From contig CAZWDO010000009.1 of NCBI GenBank assembly GCA_964632485.1, forward strand, positions 76,850-140,849: a stretch of DNA of 64,000 nucleotides, in the 5' to 3' direction. The DNA is from an uncultured bacterium. Lineage in GTDB: Bacteria > JAGOEH01. Positions 60,278 to 64,000 of the stretch are shown here, one piece after another. The position numbers and the translations under genes are program-made. Numbering within the stretch: position 1 is the stretch's first letter; every line of letters starts with the position of its first letter. The notes below the pieces were generated by a model. That model searched no databases, was not told the DNA's origin, and saw nothing but the letters and a program-made list of their open reading frames with translations.

Positions 60278-61201
60278 ATGATTATTTTAGCAAATACAAT
60301 AATCCATAGATTTAAAGATATAATCAAAATCGTTGGTGACTTCAATGATATTGAGATTTCAGGAATTTCAGCAATCGCCAATGCTCATGAAAATCATTTA
60401 ACATGGATTCACCCTAAAAAGCCAAACAAAAGTGAAATTATTCTAAATACGAAGTCACGGTTAATTATAACAGATGAATCTATTGAAGAAGAAATTTGTA
60501 AAGCATATAAAAAATGCTTGATTGTAAATTCTAACCCAAAATTGTTATTCACTGAAATCGCTAATCTTTTTTTTTCAAACCAGCAGAAGTATGAAATATG
60601 TGCTGACACTCATATCCATTCAGATGCCAAAATATCAAAAGAGGTCTATATTGGCCCGAATACAATTATTGGAAGAGCTACAATTGGCAAAAATGTAAGA
60701 ATATTGGGAAATGTCTATATCAGTGATAATACTTATATTGGTGACAATGTAACGATATCTGCTGGATCGGTAATTGGTTCGGAAGGTTTTGGTTACACGA
60801 GAAACATTGATGGTAAATTTGTAAATTTCCCTCAAATTGGTGGAGTAATTATTAGCGATAATGTTGATATTGGTCCCAATAGCTGTATTGACAGAGGGGC
60901 GCTATCAGATACAATCATCGAAGAGAATACTAAAATAGGCCATTTGGTTTATATTGCGCATAATTCAAAAATCGGAAAAAGTAATTTGTTAATTGCCAAT
61001 ATTGTTATATCAGGAAGTGTTACAACGGGAGATGAAGTTTACATTGCACCAGGTGTTGTAATTTCAGATAATATTAGCATTGGAAATAACTGCTTTGTTG
61101 GAATTGGAACAATTGTCACAAAATCGATTCGTGATAACAAGCGAATTTTATCACGGAATATTGAAATTATTGAATTGGATCAACATACATTTAAAAAGTA
61201 A
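60278..61201 (+). CDS. LpxD-like N-acyltransferase paralog
   Basis: LpxD N-domain (NPKLLF), IGSEGFGY, PQIGGV, IDRGALSDT, KIGHLVYIAHN; lacks the LpxD C-terminal helical domain. Confidence 0.85.
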   Translation: MIILANTIIHRFKDIIKIVGDFNDIEISGISAIANAHENHLTWIHPKKPNKSEIILNTKSRLIITDESIEEEICKAYKKCLIVNSNPKLLFTEIANLFFSNQQKYEICADTHIHSDAKISKEVYIGPNTIIGRATIGKNVRILGNVYISDNTYIGDNVTISAGSVIGSEGFGYTRNIDGKFVNFPQIGGVIISDNVDIGPNSCIDRGALSDTIIEENTKIGHLVYIAHNSKIGKSNLLIANIVISGSVTTGDEVYIAPGVVISDNISIGNNCFVGIGTIVTKSIRDNKRILSRNIEIIELDQHTFKK

Positions 61202-61242
61202 CTGTTCAATAGCTTTCTAAGAATAAACTAATCAATCGAGCG

Positions 61243-61442
61243 AACTCCCTGAATTTTATTGGGGTGCTAATATGGATTCTCAACAAGTATGACCATTATA
61301 ACAAAATCTATCTGAGAATGTTGATAATTCGGTAAGGCATAAATCTAGGAGGGTAAGGAATTTTCTTGAAATGCAATTGAAGCAGGATTTGGACTATTTT
61401 TCACGTTATTACCTGGAACTGAATCCGAACCAAAGAGAATAG
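61243..61442 (+). mobile_element. Decayed IS630-family transposase fragment
   Basis: NSLNFIGVL...KIYL / DNSVRHKSRRVRNFL...YFSRYYLELNPN matches the DDE_3 pattern (KIYLIVDN..H..V..FL..YSPELNP); frameshift near 61315-61322, then a stop. Confidence 0.6.
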
Positions 61443-61600
61443 CATGAATTGAGTCAATTAAAAACACTCAACCGCCAGTTTGGGATGTAATTGAAGATCA
61501 TTTCAATTCAAAGAAAATAACAAACAATCATTTTTTATGTCAAGTCATTTAATGGAATTTAAATTTTTAAAGCAATCCAAATAACAAACTACAGACAATC

Positions 61601-63058
61601 ATGGCATTCAACTCAATTCAGTTTTTCGTATTTGTTTTATTCATTTTTATTGTTTATTACTGGGTAAAACCCAAGGCTGGAATGCTGGTTTTAGCAGTTG
61701 GAAGTTTTCTTTTCTATTTAACGTTTCAGAGTCTGATTTCCACATTGGTATTGGGCAGTGTTATTACGATAGCCTATATCTCTGGTCTTCGTATTGAAAA
61801 ATGCCAATCACCCGCGGGCAAAAAGCTTTGGCTGTTCGGGGGCATAGCGCTGATTCTCGCTGCTCTGATTTACTTTAAGTATGGTTCTTTTATTTATAAT
61901 CTCTATATTACGAATCTGATTCAGGAAAACACCTCAACCGGCACATCCTCGTATCTGGCAGTCATTGGCATATCATATTTTACATTTCAAGCTATATCAT
62001 ATATTGTGGATATATATTTAGGAGTTAGTACCGCGGAAGCAAACCCTTTGGCTCTCTTCCTATATTTTGGTTTCTTTGCTAAAGTGCTCCAAGGTCCAAT
62101 CGAGCGCGGAAAGAGTTTTCTTACACAAATCCGAGGAAGGGAGAATTTTGAATATTCAATGGTATTGAGTGGTTTTTTACTATTCATGTACGGCTTAGTT
62201 AAGAAGATTTTAATTGCCGATAATATGGCCAGTTTTGTTGATCCTATTTTTGATTCGGCTTCAACTCAATCAGGGTCGCAATTGTTGGCAGCTATTAATT
62301 TCTATTCACTTCAAATTTATTTTGATTTTTCAGGTTATACGGATATGGCGCTGGGAGTCGCGAGATTGTTCAATATTAGGCTTACTGATAACTTTCATAA
62401 TCCCTATTTCGCGACAAGCATCGCTGATTTTTGGCGTCGCTGGCATATATCATTGTCCAGATGGTTGATGGATTATCTGTTCAAACCGATTCAGATGAAA
62501 TTCAGAAACTTGAAACAATATAGTACGATAATAGCTGTTTTCATTACATTTGCCATATGCGGTTTGTGGCATGGCGCTGCATTGCATTACATTGTTTGGG
62601 GCTGTTTGCATGGGATAGTGATGATTCTGGGGATTATGACCCAACCATTTCGGGCCGATTTAGCAACGCAATTTAAGAGACTAAATAAGCGTTTTATAAC
62701 AGTATGGAGAATATTTATTACATATAATATAGTCACTTTTTTATGGATTTTCTTTCGTTCAAAATCGCTGGTTGCTGCTTTGGATAACTTTAAGGCGATT
62801 TTTTTCAGGTTTGAACTCGGGAGCTTAGACCTTAGTTTTTTCAATGGATCTGTTTTCATAGCAGCATGGATTATTCTGATCATTGAGTATTTGAATTGGC
62901 CTCAGCGTTTTATTCAATTGTTCAGTAACCAAAAGTTAACATTTTTTAAGCACTTTTCCTATGCTTTCATTTATTACGCAATTATTTTGTTTTTATTTAT
63001 CATAATGTACTCATTTACCATAAATACAAATCAACCTTTCATTTACGTGCAGTTTTAA
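61601..63058 (+). CDS. MBOAT family O-acyltransferase (AlgI/DltB-like)
   Basis: GISYFTFQAISY, QGPIER, DFSGYTDMA, FWRRWHISLS, GLWHGA. Confidence 0.93.
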   Translation: MAFNSIQFFVFVLFIFIVYYWVKPKAGMLVLAVGSFLFYLTFQSLISTLVLGSVITIAYISGLRIEKCQSPAGKKLWLFGGIALILAALIYFKYGSFIYNLYITNLIQENTSTGTSSYLAVIGISYFTFQAISYIVDIYLGVSTAEANPLALFLYFGFFAKVLQGPIERGKSFLTQIRGRENFEYSMVLSGFLLFMYGLVKKILIADNMASFVDPIFDSASTQSGSQLLAAINFYSLQIYFDFSGYTDMALGVARLFNIRLTDNFHNPYFATSIADFWRRWHISLSRWLMDYLFKPIQMKFRNLKQYSTIIAVFITFAICGLWHGAALHYIVWGCLHGIVMILGIMTQPFRADLATQFKRLNKRFITVWRIFITYNIVTFLWIFFRSKSLVAALDNFKAIFFRFELGSLDLSFFNGSVFIAAWIILIIEYLNWPQRFIQLFSNQKLTFFKHFSYAFIYYAIILFLFIIMYSFTINTNQPFIYVQF

Positions 63059-64000
63059 TGATGACGGACCGGATAAAGCTCAGTCTCGCTACTTTTTTTG
63101 CATTTGTGTCATTTTTAATTATGTTCGGGTTCATGCTGCTTGTTTTCGATCAGTTGTTGCATCGAAAATTCGACAAAATCGCCGGATTGAATTATAAAGG
63201 TTATCGGGGAGAAATCCGCAAGGAGAAAGCCTCCGACGAATTGCGTATTGCGATGTTCGGAGGTAGCCCGCTTTGGGGCTATGGTGTCTATTATTGGGAG
63301 GCCATTCCACATGTTTTGGAGAAAAAACTACAACATCATGTGGACTCCTTGGGGTTAAATAGGAGAATTACGGTTTTCAACTTAGGATATAACAATGAAG
63401 GTATCTATGCCATCTATAATAATATGCAGGATTTCCGGTTTTTGGATTATGATATCGCTATCATATTTACAGGCTATGATGATTTGGGGATTGGCAATAC
63501 TACAAATTTCAGACGAGAGAATTTATTCTTTAAATACTTTAAATATATGCCGATTTTGCCAGTATATTTAAGCGAAAAGATCATGTTGTTAAAGTCGGAT
63601 GGAAATCTTGAGGATGCATACTGGGGCACTAACCAAAAAGCGCAGGCTGATGTTGACCATAATCTTCACGTAAATGCTCTTGCCAATATCCTCTCGGTTT
63701 ATAATTCCACTGAAAATGTATTGAAGAGAATTGGAAAAGTTCAGAAACAGTATCTTGTTGATTTTGATCTTAAAAATGATAAATGGGCTTGGATGAAATA
63801 CTATTTAAGACAGAGCATTGATTATTCGGTGGAAGATGGTGTACAGGTTCTTATTATTACTGAACCGGTATTCACGGAAGAGTGTCTTGAACAACAGAAA
63901 ATCATGAAAGCAGTTGTAGATGAAGCGGTCGATGAAAGTGGAATGGTTCATTTTATCGATCTAGGCTCTCGGATCGAACTGAATGATGATTTATTGATTG
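63058..64000 (+). CDS. SGNH/GDSL-family protein (MBOAT partner), 3'-truncated by the window edge
   Basis: Hand translation: TM, NYKGYRG, RIAMFGGS, VFNLG, FTGYDDL; TAATG coupling to MBOAT. Confidence 0.75.
   Translation, partial: MMTDRIKLSLATFFAFVSFLIMFGFMLLVFDQLLHRKFDKIAGLNYKGYRGEIRKEKASDELRIAMFGGSPLWGYGVYYWEAIPHVLEKKLQHHVDSLGLNRRITVFNLGYNNEGIYAIYNNMQDFRFLDYDIAIIFTGYDDLGIGNTTNFRRENLFFKYFKYMPILPVYLSEKIMLLKSDGNLEDAYWGTNQKAQADVDHNLHVNALANILSVYNSTENVLKRIGKVQKQYLVDFDLKNDKWAWMKYYLRQSIDYSVEDGVQVLIITEPVFTEECLEQQKIMKAVVDEAVDESGMVHFIDLGSRIELNDDLLI

Noticed and set aside
60278-61201. Calling this the housekeeping lpxD
   Set aside because: It lacks the C-terminal helical domain and sits in an AT-rich glycan cassette rather than with bamA/skp/lpxA, so no symbol was assigned.

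Overview
Chromosomal window from a diderm bacterium, probably an anaerobe. Two 10-N gaps suggest a scaffolded draft or metagenome assembly. lolE/lolD, tamB, mcsA-mcsB-clpC, pyrBI and a clostridial-type ferredoxin hint at an FCB-like lineage (inference only). Bases 1-37.4 kb are mostly housekeeping and signalling genes: HD-GYP, AlaX-like, fumarase beta, trmH, a sigma54 activator, two tRNA-Ser, a lysS-lolE-lolD-mcsA-mcsB-clpC-tamB operon, pfkA, pyrBI, rpsU, mutS2, a small glycosyltransferase operon, rlmD, Nfu/ferredoxin and a hybrid kinase. From 37.4 kb to the end is a mosaic surface-glycan locus. It holds pseC/pseB/pseI and a wbpB-like gene, then an inserted island of REP-like repeats and PD-(D/E)XK genes, then a long operon. 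That operon encodes a MaoC-FabG fusion, FkbH, ACP, radical SAM, deacetylase, LpxD-like acyltransferase and MBOAT/SGNH. Main leads: (1) a stand-alone glyceryl/lactyl-ACP glycan acylation module; (2) a 25-nt ops-like element in the leaders of both glycan operons; (3) an McsB that has lost its catalytic motifs; (4) a structured ~250-nt rpsU leader; (5) a putative sigma54-driven 35-aa membrane peptide; (6) a REP-studded island with a 29-bp direct repeat. All calls come from motif reading by eye; no database searches were run.
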